From the sequence record OQ717042.1: DNA of 64,000 nt, one strand, 5' to 3'. Position numbers and translations under genes: made by a program. The stretch's first letter is position 1. Every line of letters begins with the position of its first letter. Source of the stretch: Acinetobacter phage EAb13. This document shows, in pieces, positions 46,252 to 56,726 of the stretch. Below the pieces are notes generated by a model. It worked only from the letters and a program-made list of their open reading frames with translations. It made no database searches and was not told the DNA's origin.

Positions 46252-47240
46252 TGAGCTTTAAAAAAATAGCATCGTCCCTGAAAAAATTTCTGAATAATCA
46301 AGCAGATACAATTAATGTTTTGACTATTCAGGACATGGTAGACAACAACTCGCACGGTACACCCACCTATGCAAAAATCATTGAAGCTTCAAAATGTAAG
46401 CAAACTGGAAAAGAGCTTATTACTTTTGAGTTATTTTTTCCTCGCTGTATTTTGGCCGAGAAAAACACACACCGTAAGCATTCAAAGAATACTGGCTCTA
46501 GCCGTGCTATTCCTGTATTGCGTGTTCTTAAAGATATTATGCGTTCACCCTTTAAACCTTTGTTCTGGGGTGCCAATAAGTCAGGTATGCAGTCAGCCAC
46601 CACACTTCCATTTTGGAAACGGGCTATCTGTAGCTTTATCTGGTCTACTCATCGTTATTATACTTATTTCACGGTTCGCTTATTAACCAAGCTTGGATTA
46701 CATAAGCAGTGGACTAACCGATTGATGGAACCACACAGCTATGTTCGCCAAGTGGAAACCAGTGATAGCTTTGAAAACTTCTTTGACCTTCGCTACCATG
46801 ATGATGCTCAACCAGAGATCATTTTATTGGCTGCATTAATGTTAAAAGCAGTTGAAGAACTTCGCAGAAACAACAACTGGCGTAAGCTGGATGCAAATAA
46901 AATCGAAGATGCGCTTAACTGGCACCTTCCATATATTTTGTATGATGAGCGCATGAAGTACCGCGCTTATCCAAATTTCTTAGCCAAGTTATCTGCAGCT
47001 CGTACAGCGCGGACCAGTTACTTGACACAGGAAGGGGTTGAGCCTAAGCCAGAGAAGGAAATTGAAACCTTCAAGAAACTGGCCGAGTCTGTACCAATTC
47101 ATGCGTCACCGCTTGAACATATCGCTTACCCACTGAAAGACGCTAAAGCACGGTCACGTAATTTTGAGGGGTTCATGCAGTATCGAGAGCTGTATGAGAC
47201 AAAAGAATTTGGAAGCCCTATTGTAATTCCAAAAGTTTAA
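46251..47240 (+). CDS. thyX: flavin-dependent thymidylate synthase ThyX
   Basis: HGTP ~ HETP; THRKHS...GSSRA aligns to the ThyX RHR...SGRY region; FDLRYHDDAQPEI matches LNLRADSHAQWEI. Confidence 0.75.
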   Translation: MSFKKIASSLKKFLNNQADTINVLTIQDMVDNNSHGTPTYAKIIEASKCKQTGKELITFELFFPRCILAEKNTHRKHSKNTGSSRAIPVLRVLKDIMRSPFKPLFWGANKSGMQSATTLPFWKRAICSFIWSTHRYYTYFTVRLLTKLGLHKQWTNRLMEPHSYVRQVETSDSFENFFDLRYHDDAQPEIILLAALMLKAVEELRRNNNWRKLDANKIEDALNWHLPYILYDERMKYRAYPNFLAKLSAARTARTSYLTQEGVEPKPEKEIETFKKLAESVPIHASPLEHIAYPLKDAKARSRNFEGFMQYRELYETKEFGSPIVIPKV

Positions 47241-47307
47241 CATTATAGTGAATACATCAACGACACCCCTTTTCTGGTGTCGTTTTTGTTACCTAAAGGA
47301 AAATAAC

Positions 47308-48348
47308 ATGTCAATTCCAAATGAATTTTTTAGAGAACTCCGTGGAGCCTTGAACTTTACACATTCAGAAGCTGGGTCACCACCACCAGAATTTTCTGCA
47401 GAACAAGCTGCAGCTATTCGTGAATTATTGTACCCAAAAGCAGCTTTATATATTTCACGTAAAAGCATTGAAGATTTAATCAAAGAAGGCAGACCAGTTG
47501 TTATTCAAGGTAAAGAATGGCGACCAGCTCGTATCTACATTACCCAAGGTTTGATGTATGACCAAGAGTTACCACCAGAAGCTGCACAAGATGAAACTTT
47601 TGAAGCCTTAAAACGTAAGCAATACTTAAAACACTATTTTGGCATTAGTGTTGAAGATTTTGAAGCAGGCGCTAAAAAAGCTGCAGAAGCTTTCAAAGCA
47701 ATGGCTACTGCTGCACAAATGAAAACGAATCAATGTGAAGACCCTTGTTCGGGTAAATGTGGAGATATTAAAGTGACTCAAAACCGTAACCTTTCAAATG
47801 ACCATGCTGGTGCTGTTTCTAAAGCTCATGCTGAACAGGTAAGCCAAGCTTCTGGTTTCCGTGAAGGTGGAATCCTATATGGTGCAGTAAAACGTTCAGA
47901 TGATGCTTTCCATACAAAAAGCCAAGATGGTTCGGCTATTGCAGAAGTTCCAAAAGATGCTGAACAACGTCGTATTCAAGAAAATCATGCTCAATCTGTA
48001 GCAATGGCTGCTGGTGGTCCATACAAAGGTGGCTTTGTTATTGAGCCAGCTAAAATGACCAATGTACGCCTTGGTTATACTGAACTTGCTAACGTTCTGG
48101 CTCTTGCACTTGAACAGGCACAGAACGGTAAAGGGAATGCTCGTCACCAAGTGGGGGCTACACCATTTCTTTCTCAACCGATTTGTGAACTTGCGCGTCT
48201 ATATGGTGTAGGTTACAACTTTGGTCAGGCTGCTAAAAAAGCTCATGAAACTCAACAGCTTGATTCAAAACAAGCAAAATTAAATGAACTCCTTGGAGCT
48301 ATTAACTACCTAGCTGCAGCATATCTTGTGATTGCTGAACAAGAATAA
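47308..48348 (+). CDS. hypothetical protein (346 aa) embedded in nucleotide-metabolism operon; Cys cluster C-x3-C-x3-C
   Basis: ATG with AAAGGAAAATAAC RBS, identical to the nrdB RBS. No recognised motif. Lies between thyX and nrdA. Confidence 0.6.
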   Translation: MSIPNEFFRELRGALNFTHSEAGSPPPEFSAEQAAAIRELLYPKAALYISRKSIEDLIKEGRPVVIQGKEWRPARIYITQGLMYDQELPPEAAQDETFEALKRKQYLKHYFGISVEDFEAGAKKAAEAFKAMATAAQMKTNQCEDPCSGKCGDIKVTQNRNLSNDHAGAVSKAHAEQVSQASGFREGGILYGAVKRSDDAFHTKSQDGSAIAEVPKDAEQRRIQENHAQSVAMAAGGPYKGGFVIEPAKMTNVRLGYTELANVLALALEQAQNGKGNARHQVGATPFLSQPICELARLYGVGYNFGQAAKKAHETQQLDSKQAKLNELLGAINYLAAAYLVIAEQE

Positions 48349-48417
48349 GCACAATATCTAGTTGTCAAGACTATTTTTTAATACATTTTTGCAGTAAATT
48401 ACTACCATCACCACCAT

Positions 48418-48446
48418 AAAGGGCACGTCACGTGCCCTTTATTTTC
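48418..48446 (+). terminator. hairpin GGGCACG-tca-CGTGCCC + TTTATTTT (terminator or attenuator upstream of nrdA)
   Basis: Perfect 7-bp GC-rich palindrome flanked by an A-run and a T-run. Confidence 0.55.
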
Positions 48447-48464
48447 GACTCTACAGGTAGAAAT

Positions 48465-50414
48465 ATGTTATTAAAAGACCATGTTGATTATTCGCGTGAT
48501 CAACTCTTGTCAGCCTTTGGTATGGCAACGCTAAAAGACCGCTATCTAAAACCATTTGAATCATCACCACAAGAATTGTATATGAGAGCTGCAACTGCTT
48601 GGGGAAGTAATAAAGCTCACTCTCTCAGACTATATGAATATGCCAGTAAAGGCTGGTTCGGTTTTGCAAGTCCAACTATTTCAAATGCCCCAATTCGTAC
48701 AAATTACCTTTCAGACTCCGTAGCAAATTTCACACGCGAATGCTTTGAATCTGTAGAAGGTGCCTTACCTATCTCTTGTTTTACTGGTTATGTAGGCGAC
48801 AACCGTGAAGGAATTGGTAACCATTACTATGAATCAGTTTGGTTAGCATCAAACGGTGGCGGTTACAAAGCTGCATGGTCAGCGTTACGCCCTATCAATT
48901 CAACTACTTCAACTGGTTCTAAAACTGGTGGCCTTATCCCATTCTTTCACGTTATGGATGGCCTTATCATTGCTACTCACCAAGGCAATAACCGTCGCGG
49001 TGTTTATGGTGGTGCCTGTGACGTTAGCCATGTTGAAATCATTGAATTTATCAGCAGCCGTAAAATGTCTGGTGATAATAACAAGCGCTCTCGTAACATT
49101 TTCCAAACTGTCAATATCCCAGATATTTTCATGTACGCTGTACTTGAAGATGCTATGTGGGGATTATTGGACCACCATGGTAACGTTGTAAAAGAAATTA
49201 AAGCACGTGTACTTTGGGAAATGATCATGGACATGCCATTTGAAACTGGTTGCCCATTCATCATGTGGTCTGACAGTGCTAACGACGGTTTACCAGCAAC
49301 TCAAAAAGCACTTGGCCTTAAAGTTCACAACCCTAACATCTGTACTGAAATCACATTGGCTACCAATAAAGATCGTACTGCTGTTTGCTGCTTGTGTTCA
49401 CCAAATGCTGCTAAGTACGACGAATGGAAAGACCACCCGCACTTTATTTCTGACCTTACAGAAATGTTGGATAACATCCTTGAATACTTTATTCAAAATG
49501 CTATCTACACATGTACTAAGGATTATGACTGGGATAAGTTGAAAGACACCATTCGTACTACTTTAGGTGAAATGGAAATCTACTTGACCGAAGATCAAGT
49601 TGCAAACATGGCTAAGTCTATCGTTGAAAAGAACATCATGGGCTATAAAAAAGCTGTGTATTCTGCTAAACGTGAACGTGCTATCGGTATTGGTTTAATG
49701 GGCTTAGACACGTACTTCATGTCTAAAGAAATTGCTTATGAATCAAACGAAGCCTTGGCTCTTACCCAAGAAATCACTGAAAATATCAAAGCCAATTTTG
49801 TCAAAGCTTCTAAGCGTTTAGCCATTGAACGTGGTGAACCAGAGGACATGAAAGGCACTGGTATGCGTAACTCACATGGTTTAGCTATTGCACCAACTGC
49901 AACTAACTCAATCATCGTGAATGTGACTGCAGCATTAGAAAAATGCTACGAGAACATTTATACGCAAAAAACTAAGTCTGGTACTTTTGAAGTAATCAAC
50001 CCAGCACTGGTTAAATTACTTGACAAGTATGGAATCAATACTCCTGAAACTCGCAAGTCAATTGCAGACCAGAATGGTTCGGTCCAACACATTGAACAAT
50101 TCACAGATCATGAACGTAAATATTTACGCACATCATTTGAAATTGACCAGCGTTGGGTAGTTGAACATGCAGCGGTAGCACAAAAATCTGTGTGTCAAGC
50201 TATATCTGTGAACCTGTTCTTTAAACCAGAAACGCCACGTAAATATGTAAACAACGTTCACTTGCTTATGTGGAAACGTGGTTTGAAAACTCGCTACTAT
50301 GTTCGTACTAAAGCAGTCAATACTGCAGATGCTTTTGCTGACGAATTAATTAAAAATTACCAAACTATTGATTATTCTGCAGATTTCAATGGTTGTGTAG
50401 CTTGTGAAGCATAA
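48465..50414 (+). CDS. nrdA: ribonucleotide reductase class I large subunit (short NrdA/NrdE-like, no ATP cone)
   Basis: Active-site NPNICTEITLAT (compare SNLCLEIALPT); C-terminal CVACEA redox pair. ATG at 48465 chosen over the in-hairpin GTG at 48432. Confidence 0.85.
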   Translation: MLLKDHVDYSRDQLLSAFGMATLKDRYLKPFESSPQELYMRAATAWGSNKAHSLRLYEYASKGWFGFASPTISNAPIRTNYLSDSVANFTRECFESVEGALPISCFTGYVGDNREGIGNHYYESVWLASNGGGYKAAWSALRPINSTTSTGSKTGGLIPFFHVMDGLIIATHQGNNRRGVYGGACDVSHVEIIEFISSRKMSGDNNKRSRNIFQTVNIPDIFMYAVLEDAMWGLLDHHGNVVKEIKARVLWEMIMDMPFETGCPFIMWSDSANDGLPATQKALGLKVHNPNICTEITLATNKDRTAVCCLCSPNAAKYDEWKDHPHFISDLTEMLDNILEYFIQNAIYTCTKDYDWDKLKDTIRTTLGEMEIYLTEDQVANMAKSIVEKNIMGYKKAVYSAKRERAIGIGLMGLDTYFMSKEIAYESNEALALTQEITENIKANFVKASKRLAIERGEPEDMKGTGMRNSHGLAIAPTATNSIIVNVTAALEKCYENIYTQKTKSGTFEVINPALVKLLDKYGINTPETRKSIADQNGSVQHIEQFTDHERKYLRTSFEIDQRWVVEHAAVAQKSVCQAISVNLFFKPETPRKYVNNVHLLMWKRGLKTRYYVRTKAVNTADAFADELIKNYQTIDYSADFNGCVACEA

Positions 50415-50424
50415 GGAAAATAAC

Positions 50425-51465
50425 GTGGAAAATCAAGAAGTTAGCACTTTTAAATTAACCGACAAACGCCCATACTATAAGCCATTTACATACCCATGGG
50501 CTTATCAGTATGCCGAAGAACACCGTCGTATGAACTGGACTAAAGAGGAAGTTCGGTCATTACACGAAGACATTATGGACTGGCACTCTCTTTCTGAGGA
50601 ACGTCGTAAACCATTAGAACTGTTGCTTTTATATTTCACTCAAGCAGACTGGGATATTGGTGACTCATACGTTGAAAACCTGTTCCGCTGGTATAAAATG
50701 CCAGAGCTTCGCATGGGCCTTATCCGTACTGTTGACCGTGAAGCAACACACGTTGATAACTATGACTTGCTACCAGACCAGTTTGGTATCCCACATCGTA
50801 ACTATAAAGCTTTGATGGATATTGATGCTATCTATGACCAGCATGAATTTATGGTTGCTAAAACTGAGGGTGATACTGTTGAAGATCGCTTGATGATTTT
50901 AACCAAGCATATCTGTGGTGAAGGTATTTCTATTTACGGTATTTTCTTAATGCTGTTAAATGAATCACGCTTCGGCCGCATGAAGTGTTTAGGTCAGGAA
51001 ATTGTATCTTGGTCAGCACGTGATGAAAACCAACACGTAGCTTTCCTTACTAAAATTTTCCGTACCGAACTTGAAGAAAACCCAGAGGTTGATTTAGAGC
51101 ATGTTCGCCAAGTTGTGATTGCTTTAATTCGCTTAGCTGTTGAACGTGCCATTGCAATGGCTAAGACAGTGTTAAGCTATGGGCCACTTGAAGATTTGGA
51201 CCTTGACCAGATTGCATACTTCTTAATGCAGTTAGCCAATGTACGTGTTAAACGTATGGGCCTTGGCATTGAATCTATCTATGACGTAGACGCTATCGTT
51301 CGTCTTGATTGGGCAGGTGCTTTGTTCCGTGGTTCATTGGATAACTTCTTTGAAACTGCAGGTACTAACTACCAGATTGGTGCACTTGTAGGTGATTGGG
51401 AATACCCAGAAGCTGGCACTTATTTCAAAGATACAGACTACGAAAAAATGCTAATGAATGGTTAA
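50425..51465 (+). CDS. nrdB: ribonucleotide reductase class I small subunit
   Basis: Di-iron ligand motifs REATHV and ENQHVAF; GTG start with AAGGAAAATAAC RBS. Confidence 0.85.
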   Translation: MENQEVSTFKLTDKRPYYKPFTYPWAYQYAEEHRRMNWTKEEVRSLHEDIMDWHSLSEERRKPLELLLLYFTQADWDIGDSYVENLFRWYKMPELRMGLIRTVDREATHVDNYDLLPDQFGIPHRNYKALMDIDAIYDQHEFMVAKTEGDTVEDRLMILTKHICGEGISIYGIFLMLLNESRFGRMKCLGQEIVSWSARDENQHVAFLTKIFRTELEENPEVDLEHVRQVVIALIRLAVERAIAMAKTVLSYGPLEDLDLDQIAYFLMQLANVRVKRMGLGIESIYDVDAIVRLDWAGALFRGSLDNFFETAGTNYQIGALVGDWEYPEAGTYFKDTDYEKMLMNG

Positions 51466-51470
51466 AACCT

Positions 51471-51504
51471 AAAATAAAAATACCGCCAGCTGGCGGTATT
51501 TTTT
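51471..51504. terminator. bidirectional rho-independent terminator (A-run, TACCGCCAGCTGGCGGTA palindrome, T-run) between convergent early (+) and late tail (-) modules
   Basis: Perfect 18-bp palindrome flanked by A9 and T6. Confidence 0.8.
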
Positions 51505-52528
51505 ATGAAACAAATTCACTTGGATTATAGTTGCCAGCGATTTGGCTCACGACACGTTCAATCATTAAACCTTCAATATGAAATTGGTTACCTGCTTCAT
51601 TATCACCATTTGGATAGAAACCAATAACAGCACCGCCACTTGTATTTGCAATGAAGCTGATAGAGTATCGAGTCATTGTTCCAGTCAAAACCAATGGGTG
51701 AGGTGTAGTCACAGCAAAGTTACCATCTGCTAATCGGATGACACAACGCATTTTTTTACCTGCAGTTGCAGCCATGGCGTAGAAGCTGTAAATATATTGA
51801 ACCCCAGCTACCAGTTGAATGTTCTCGTAGGTGTCTGGTGTATCGTCAAAATAAATATAAGCATCTGGGTTAGCAGCATTGGTACATTCAATTGTTAAGC
51901 GTTTGCCACGGACATGTTTTAATAAACCATCACTGACTGTGGCCGTAACATCCGCTTTGGCCCAGCTTGCAACACCCACAAAGTCTTGGATATATTTTGA
52001 GAGCAGGTTAATACCCGCGCCAGCTTTACTAAGTAAGCCATACATCAAACCACGAACCTGTGACACAGCACCGATGGTTGCAGCTACACTATGTTCATTT
52101 TCAGCAGAATAAATATCCCCACTCAAGGCCACAATACCTGTCTGACCAACTGCAGCAGCGCGAATATTATTCATCGTGATATTGGTAATTAAACCTTGGG
52201 CATTGACGGTGATCGAAGGTGTTTGGATGGTGGACATATATGTTCCAGCAACCACCCCAGAATTTGCCAAGGTTAATATTGCAGACTTATTCCCAGAACC
52301 ATCAAAGCTGACAGAACCTGTGACCGAACCAGAAAAGGAAAGGGTTATAGGTGCGGCCCACTTACTGGCAGATACAGCGTTGTCTGTAGAATTTAATTTA
52401 TTTTGGTTCAGGTTTTTAATATCTTCACCGACTTTGGCAGCAAGCTGGTTTACACCTACTGCTACCTGTTCGGCCGTTAATGCTTCAATTGTCTCAGCCA
52501 TAAGTTGGACCCATAAAAATACACCCAT
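51503..52528 (-). CDS. side tail fibre / receptor-binding protein (about 330-341 aa)
   Basis: Last gene of the tail module after the J-like gene; Gly/Ser/Thr-rich beta-type sequence; alternative start at 52501 (MAETIEAL). Confidence 0.65.
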   Translation of the reverse strand: MGVFLWVQLMAETIEALTAEQVAVGVNQLAAKVGEDIKNLNQNKLNSTDNAVSASKWAAPITLSFSGSVTGSVSFDGSGNKSAILTLANSGVVAGTYMSTIQTPSITVNAQGLITNITMNNIRAAAVGQTGIVALSGDIYSAENEHSVAATIGAVSQVRGLMYGLLSKAGAGINLLSKYIQDFVGVASWAKADVTATVSDGLLKHVRGKRLTIECTNAANPDAYIYFDDTPDTYENIQLVAGVQYIYSFYAMAATAGKKMRCVIRLADGNFAVTTPHPLVLTGTMTRYSISFIANTSGGAVIGFYPNGDNEAGNQFHIEGLMIERVVSQIAGNYNPSEFVS

Positions 52529-52553
52529 ATTAATGGGTGTATTCTATCAGAGA

Positions 52554-55500
52554 TTAAGTGGAGCTGTTGTTATAAACAGCAGTTGGGTCAAAACCGTTGG
52601 CTGATACCGCTGGTACAATCACCTCAGCCCATTCAGAATCTAAAGCATTGTATTCATAATCTGGTGGGTCGCCAATCACACCACTCTTATCTGAGACACG
52701 AATCTTGATCTTGGCACCAACAAAGGTTTCATCTGGTGCAAACAATACGCCACCAATACTGTTATCCACTTCATAATAAATATCAAAGATACCTGAATTA
52801 GCTGGTGTACTTGCTGCCTTGCTAGGTAATGTAATATATCCATAAACACGATAATCACCGTCATTATGATCTGAAATAATCGCAAAGAATGGTGACCAAG
52901 CATATTGCTCTCTAAAAGCCTGCTCAAACTGTGGGTACTGACTATAATTTGGAATCTGTACAACCATGTGAACAAATACCATACCTTCTGGTGCAGTACG
53001 AAGATTCCAGCTCTGTTTAGCGCGAGTATATGACTCAATACCAAGGATTACTGGTTTAGGATATTTAGCAACTGGTAAGCCGCCAGAATCATCACCGTAA
53101 TAAGTCCAAATATCAGTTTTTTGAGTATCCACAAAGCCAGAGTTTGCAGCGCTTGTAGCTTCATAACGTAAGCCCATTTTGTAAGTACCAGCACCAACAT
53201 ATGGAATATCGAAGTAAGTGGCACTTACACTGATAGGTTGGTTAGCGCTTGATCTATTTGGAGCTGAGTGATTGACATAAGCTTCGTTATAAATCAAACC
53301 AGTGTATGGTTGGAAGTTAGCTTGCGTAAACGCAAAACGAATACTTTTAGTTGGTGCGTAATATTCAGCAGAAATAAACTTAGGTAAACCATTTTCCTGA
53401 GCTTTACCAAGCTGGACGTTATCCATAATCAATGGCTCACCAGCTTCACCAGCTTTGTTGAAAGGTGTAATTTTCAATTTCAAACTGGTTGTCTCAGGGA
53501 AGGCTGGGGCCAAGACACCTTCTGTGTCAAACAAAATGGTTTCTCGCGCTTCACCAGATTCTTTGTTTACCCAAGTTACTTTGTATTTGTATGCTGGGTC
53601 AATGATATTGAACTTAATACCGTAGGTTACTTGGCCTAAAGCATTTGACAAATCACGGAGCCACAGCTGCACATCAAACGGTGTGCTTGGGATACGGTCA
53701 CGCTTATAGGTTAAATCCAAGCTGTTGTACTTGAAGTTTACCAAGGTTGGGTCATTAATATTGTCAATAGCTTGGTACTTAATCGGTGCAACCAAAGCAC
53801 CTTTAAAAGTAAACAATTCGCCTTGGGCAACATCTGACGAGTCAGCTTGTTCAATACTTAGGACACGGAAAATTTTAGGTTCCCCGTACACGCCACCCGC
53901 TAGGCCAATAGGTGTTTCTGAAATTGTATTCAGGTACTGATTCACCTCATCGACTTTTGTATTGTCTGTCATAACCAGTTGATGTGGGTTCAGGCTCATA
54001 ACAGGCACACTTAAAATACCATCTAAGGTATGCATGTACATGGTATAAGTCTCTTGGGTTCCCATTTCAACCAAAGCATCACGAAGGGTAACTGTACGAG
54101 TTTCACTATCGTAGCTGGAAATACGAGTCCCTAAACCCCAGTCCATTTCCTTGTCGAAAATGTAGAAATTGTCATATAAATCAACAACATGACCTAAACG
54201 CGGTTGAGAGAAAGTTACAAACGTATTTTCCTCTTTATTTGTGTACATCAAGTAAACTGCTTGACGAATAGCTTCACTCAGATTGGTTGCACCAACTGAT
54301 TGGAAAGCGTAAGGAATAATACCGTTCACCGCTTGGCTTTCTTCATCCAATAAAACACGACGGTCCTCTTGGTAATCATTTGCAGCATTGGCAAAAATCA
54401 CACGGATGAAGTTGTATCGTGATGAAAGGTCAGAACGGTAATAATTCAAGCCAGTTTGGAATGCAGTTTCTGTACTCACAAAAAACTTAGGTGCTTTTGG
54501 CTTATCAATGAAGAAACGATATACCCCGAACATTTCACGGCTAGTTGCATGGAATGAACCAAGAACGTACTTTAAGTATTCGTCAATGTCACGTTCAGCG
54601 CCAATGGCTTCATTAAAAGTATGACGAGGTTTCATATCACCATTAAGGTCTGGTACTTTCTCATCACAATACTGTATAGCTTCCATCAGGCTGGCGTTAT
54701 CAACACGTAGCTGTGGCTCACTAGCTCTTTTACCCCAATCGCGGTTCATGATGATCTCACGCGCAATCAGAGCATTGTTATCTGTCCATGCACGTTTAAA
54801 ACGACCATCCCAGACACCAGCCCAAGTTTTTGTGATTGGATTGTAGTTGACTGGCACTTCACACATGAAACCCATGATCTCAGCAGCAAAGTCAGGCACG
54901 TCGTCAAAACGGTCTGTATGCTGGGCCACAACTTGACACATAGCTGTTTTTGGATAAGCCTTTTCTGCAGCAGTGATTACACTCATACTTTCAAGGCTGA
55001 TTGTCTTAGCTGAGTATTTCTTTTCCTCAGAAGTCAATTCTTTACTTTTACGAACTACCTGAATTTCCCAATCCTGATTAGTTTCACTATCATCAAAAAT
55101 TGGAATGCTCAGTTCATAAATATAACCAGCGGTGGTTTTACCACTCACTACGATCATTTCATTTTGAATCTGAGCTGTAGTTGTTCCAGTTGGAAGCTGA
55201 GATAAATACTTTTCATAAAGGTCTACAGAATAGGCACGACGAATTAAACGACCATAACCGCCATTCTGGTATTGGATTTCAGTTTCTGCAGGAGTGTCTA
55301 AGTTACCCAAATCTTCGGAAACAATGTTCTTGAGTTCTTTTAATGTCTTTAACTCAAATTCATATTGTTGAGCTTTAGACATAGCATCAAAGTCAAGACC
55401 TTGATCTTTGGCCGCTTGGCGAAGGGTAGCAACCTTACGCTTATATTGAATTAACGTTTCTGTAGTTTCATTCACATAGCGCCAGTTAGTTTCACCAACA

Positions 55501-55943
55501 CGACGATATCGAATTTGGAAAATCACAGATGATTCATACGAGTTTTGACCATCACCAGCATACAATTGGTTAATCAAAATACGCACATCAATACTGGTAA
55601 TAGCCCCACGATATTCTGCAGGTGTAACAACAGTACGAACAACATCAGCAGGTAAAGATAACCCCAACGTAGAGTTAATAACCGAAGATTCACCACCTGA
55701 AAAATAGCGAATAGGTTGGTCATCCATATAACCATGGCGAATGTTTACAGCCACATCTTGGAAGTTGTATTCCCCAGTCTCTGACACCAAAGCAATATTA
55801 TTGATAAAGAAAGATTTTAAACCATCTTTTAATCCAAAAATGGTTCCTTCACACATACCAAATGCCAGCTCTACAATATCTTGGCTATATAAGTTATCGG
55901 CCGCAATCGTAGGGCTAGGCGGTTGTTTTTTCTTACCACCCAT
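52554..55943 (-). CDS. central tail fibre / host-specificity protein, lambda J-like (1129 aa)
   Basis: N-terminus MGGKKKQ...DNLYSQD...CEGTIFGLKDGLKS parallels lambda J MGKGSSKG...DNLKSTQ...SEGPIEGPVDGLKS. Size and position after the I-like gene fit. Confidence 0.85.
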   Translation of the reverse strand: MGGKKKQPPSPTIAADNLYSQDIVELAFGMCEGTIFGLKDGLKSFFINNIALVSETGEYNFQDVAVNIRHGYMDDQPIRYFSGGESSVINSTLGLSLPADVVRTVVTPAEYRGAITSIDVRILINQLYAGDGQNSYESSVIFQIRYRRVGETNWRYVNETTETLIQYKRKVATLRQAAKDQGLDFDAMSKAQQYEFELKTLKELKNIVSEDLGNLDTPAETEIQYQNGGYGRLIRRAYSVDLYEKYLSQLPTGTTTAQIQNEMIVVSGKTTAGYIYELSIPIFDDSETNQDWEIQVVRKSKELTSEEKKYSAKTISLESMSVITAAEKAYPKTAMCQVVAQHTDRFDDVPDFAAEIMGFMCEVPVNYNPITKTWAGVWDGRFKRAWTDNNALIAREIIMNRDWGKRASEPQLRVDNASLMEAIQYCDEKVPDLNGDMKPRHTFNEAIGAERDIDEYLKYVLGSFHATSREMFGVYRFFIDKPKAPKFFVSTETAFQTGLNYYRSDLSSRYNFIRVIFANAANDYQEDRRVLLDEESQAVNGIIPYAFQSVGATNLSEAIRQAVYLMYTNKEENTFVTFSQPRLGHVVDLYDNFYIFDKEMDWGLGTRISSYDSETRTVTLRDALVEMGTQETYTMYMHTLDGILSVPVMSLNPHQLVMTDNTKVDEVNQYLNTISETPIGLAGGVYGEPKIFRVLSIEQADSSDVAQGELFTFKGALVAPIKYQAIDNINDPTLVNFKYNSLDLTYKRDRIPSTPFDVQLWLRDLSNALGQVTYGIKFNIIDPAYKYKVTWVNKESGEARETILFDTEGVLAPAFPETTSLKLKITPFNKAGEAGEPLIMDNVQLGKAQENGLPKFISAEYYAPTKSIRFAFTQANFQPYTGLIYNEAYVNHSAPNRSSANQPISVSATYFDIPYVGAGTYKMGLRYEATSAANSGFVDTQKTDIWTYYGDDSGGLPVAKYPKPVILGIESYTRAKQSWNLRTAPEGMVFVHMVVQIPNYSQYPQFEQAFREQYAWSPFFAIISDHNDGDYRVYGYITLPSKAASTPANSGIFDIYYEVDNSIGGVLFAPDETFVGAKIKIRVSDKSGVIGDPPDYEYNALDSEWAEVIVPAVSANGFDPTAVYNNSST

Positions 55944-55955
55944 AAGGGTACTCCA

Positions 55956-56726
55956 TTAAAATTCTGAACCAGTTCGGTACATACCGTTGTCAACTTGATT
56001 TAACATTGCCTTATCACCAGCTTGGATAAAGCCGTAATACTTATTCAGGTTTTGCGTTGGTAAATTTTCATCCACTTTACCTTTAAAATATGGTGAATTG
56101 ATTGGGTCATCAATACCACTATACTTGCGGGATTCAACGTTAAAGCTGAATAAATGGAAACCAATTTTATATGTACCAAAAACAATCTGAATTGGAGTAC
56201 CAATTTCACTGGTAGTTCGTGCACCAAAGGTACGGGAACTAAGGTTACCATCTTTATTTTCATTGACTTTTGGTGTTGGTGCCAATAACTGCATGATACC
56301 TGAGATCATCATACCAAAACCCATACTCATTACCATGGTTGTGGCAGCACCAGCAATGGAAGCATAGGCACCTGTATACAAGGCTGGGGCCAAGTATGGG
56401 GCTACGATTGCGACAACAACCAAGACAACACCAATGACAATGTTTACCCAACCGCCACCGCCACCTGCACCATGATAGGTTGTTGGACTAACCTCATGTG
56501 CAGCAACAGGCACGATATCAAACACATGCTTATCGTCAGCATTAGTCGGGTCATTTAATTCTGCCATGGTGTGCAATTGTTTAATTCTGACTGGGACAGG
56601 TTTAATTTTCCCATTCTCAGGATGTTGCACAGCCAATAATTTTAAAGCATCCAACGGAGTAGATGCTTCAACATTTACACTTGCAGGGAATAAATGCTGC
56701 AAGTCTTCATGAAATCTTAGAATCAT
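55956..56726 (-). CDS. tail assembly protein, lambda I-like
   Basis: Gly-run followed by a long hydrophobic segment, then the MQLLAPTPK motif (compare lambda I AQMLAPKART); ATGA overlap with upstream gene. Confidence 0.75.
   Translation of the reverse strand: MILRFHEDLQHLFPASVNVEASTPLDALKLLAVQHPENGKIKPVPVRIKQLHTMAELNDPTNADDKHVFDIVPVAAHEVSPTTYHGAGGGGGWVNIVIGVVLVVVAIVAPYLAPALYTGAYASIAGAATTMVMSMGFGMMISGIMQLLAPTPKVNENKDGNLSSRTFGARTTSEIGTPIQIVFGTYKIGFHLFSFNVESRKYSGIDDPINSPYFKGKVDENLPTQNLNKYYGFIQAGDKAMLNQVDNGMYRTGSEF

Noticed and set aside
48432-48464. ORF-track start for nrdA at 48432 (GTG), giving MPFIFDSTGRN
   Set aside because: That start codon lies inside the GGGCACG/CGTGCCC hairpin. ATG at 48465 has better context and matches NrdA/NrdE N-termini (DY..D.L....G..TL..RYL).
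51879-52604. Plus-strand ORFs 51879-52112 and 52176-52604
   Set aside because: Antisense to the minus-strand tail fibre gene; no RBS and low complexity.
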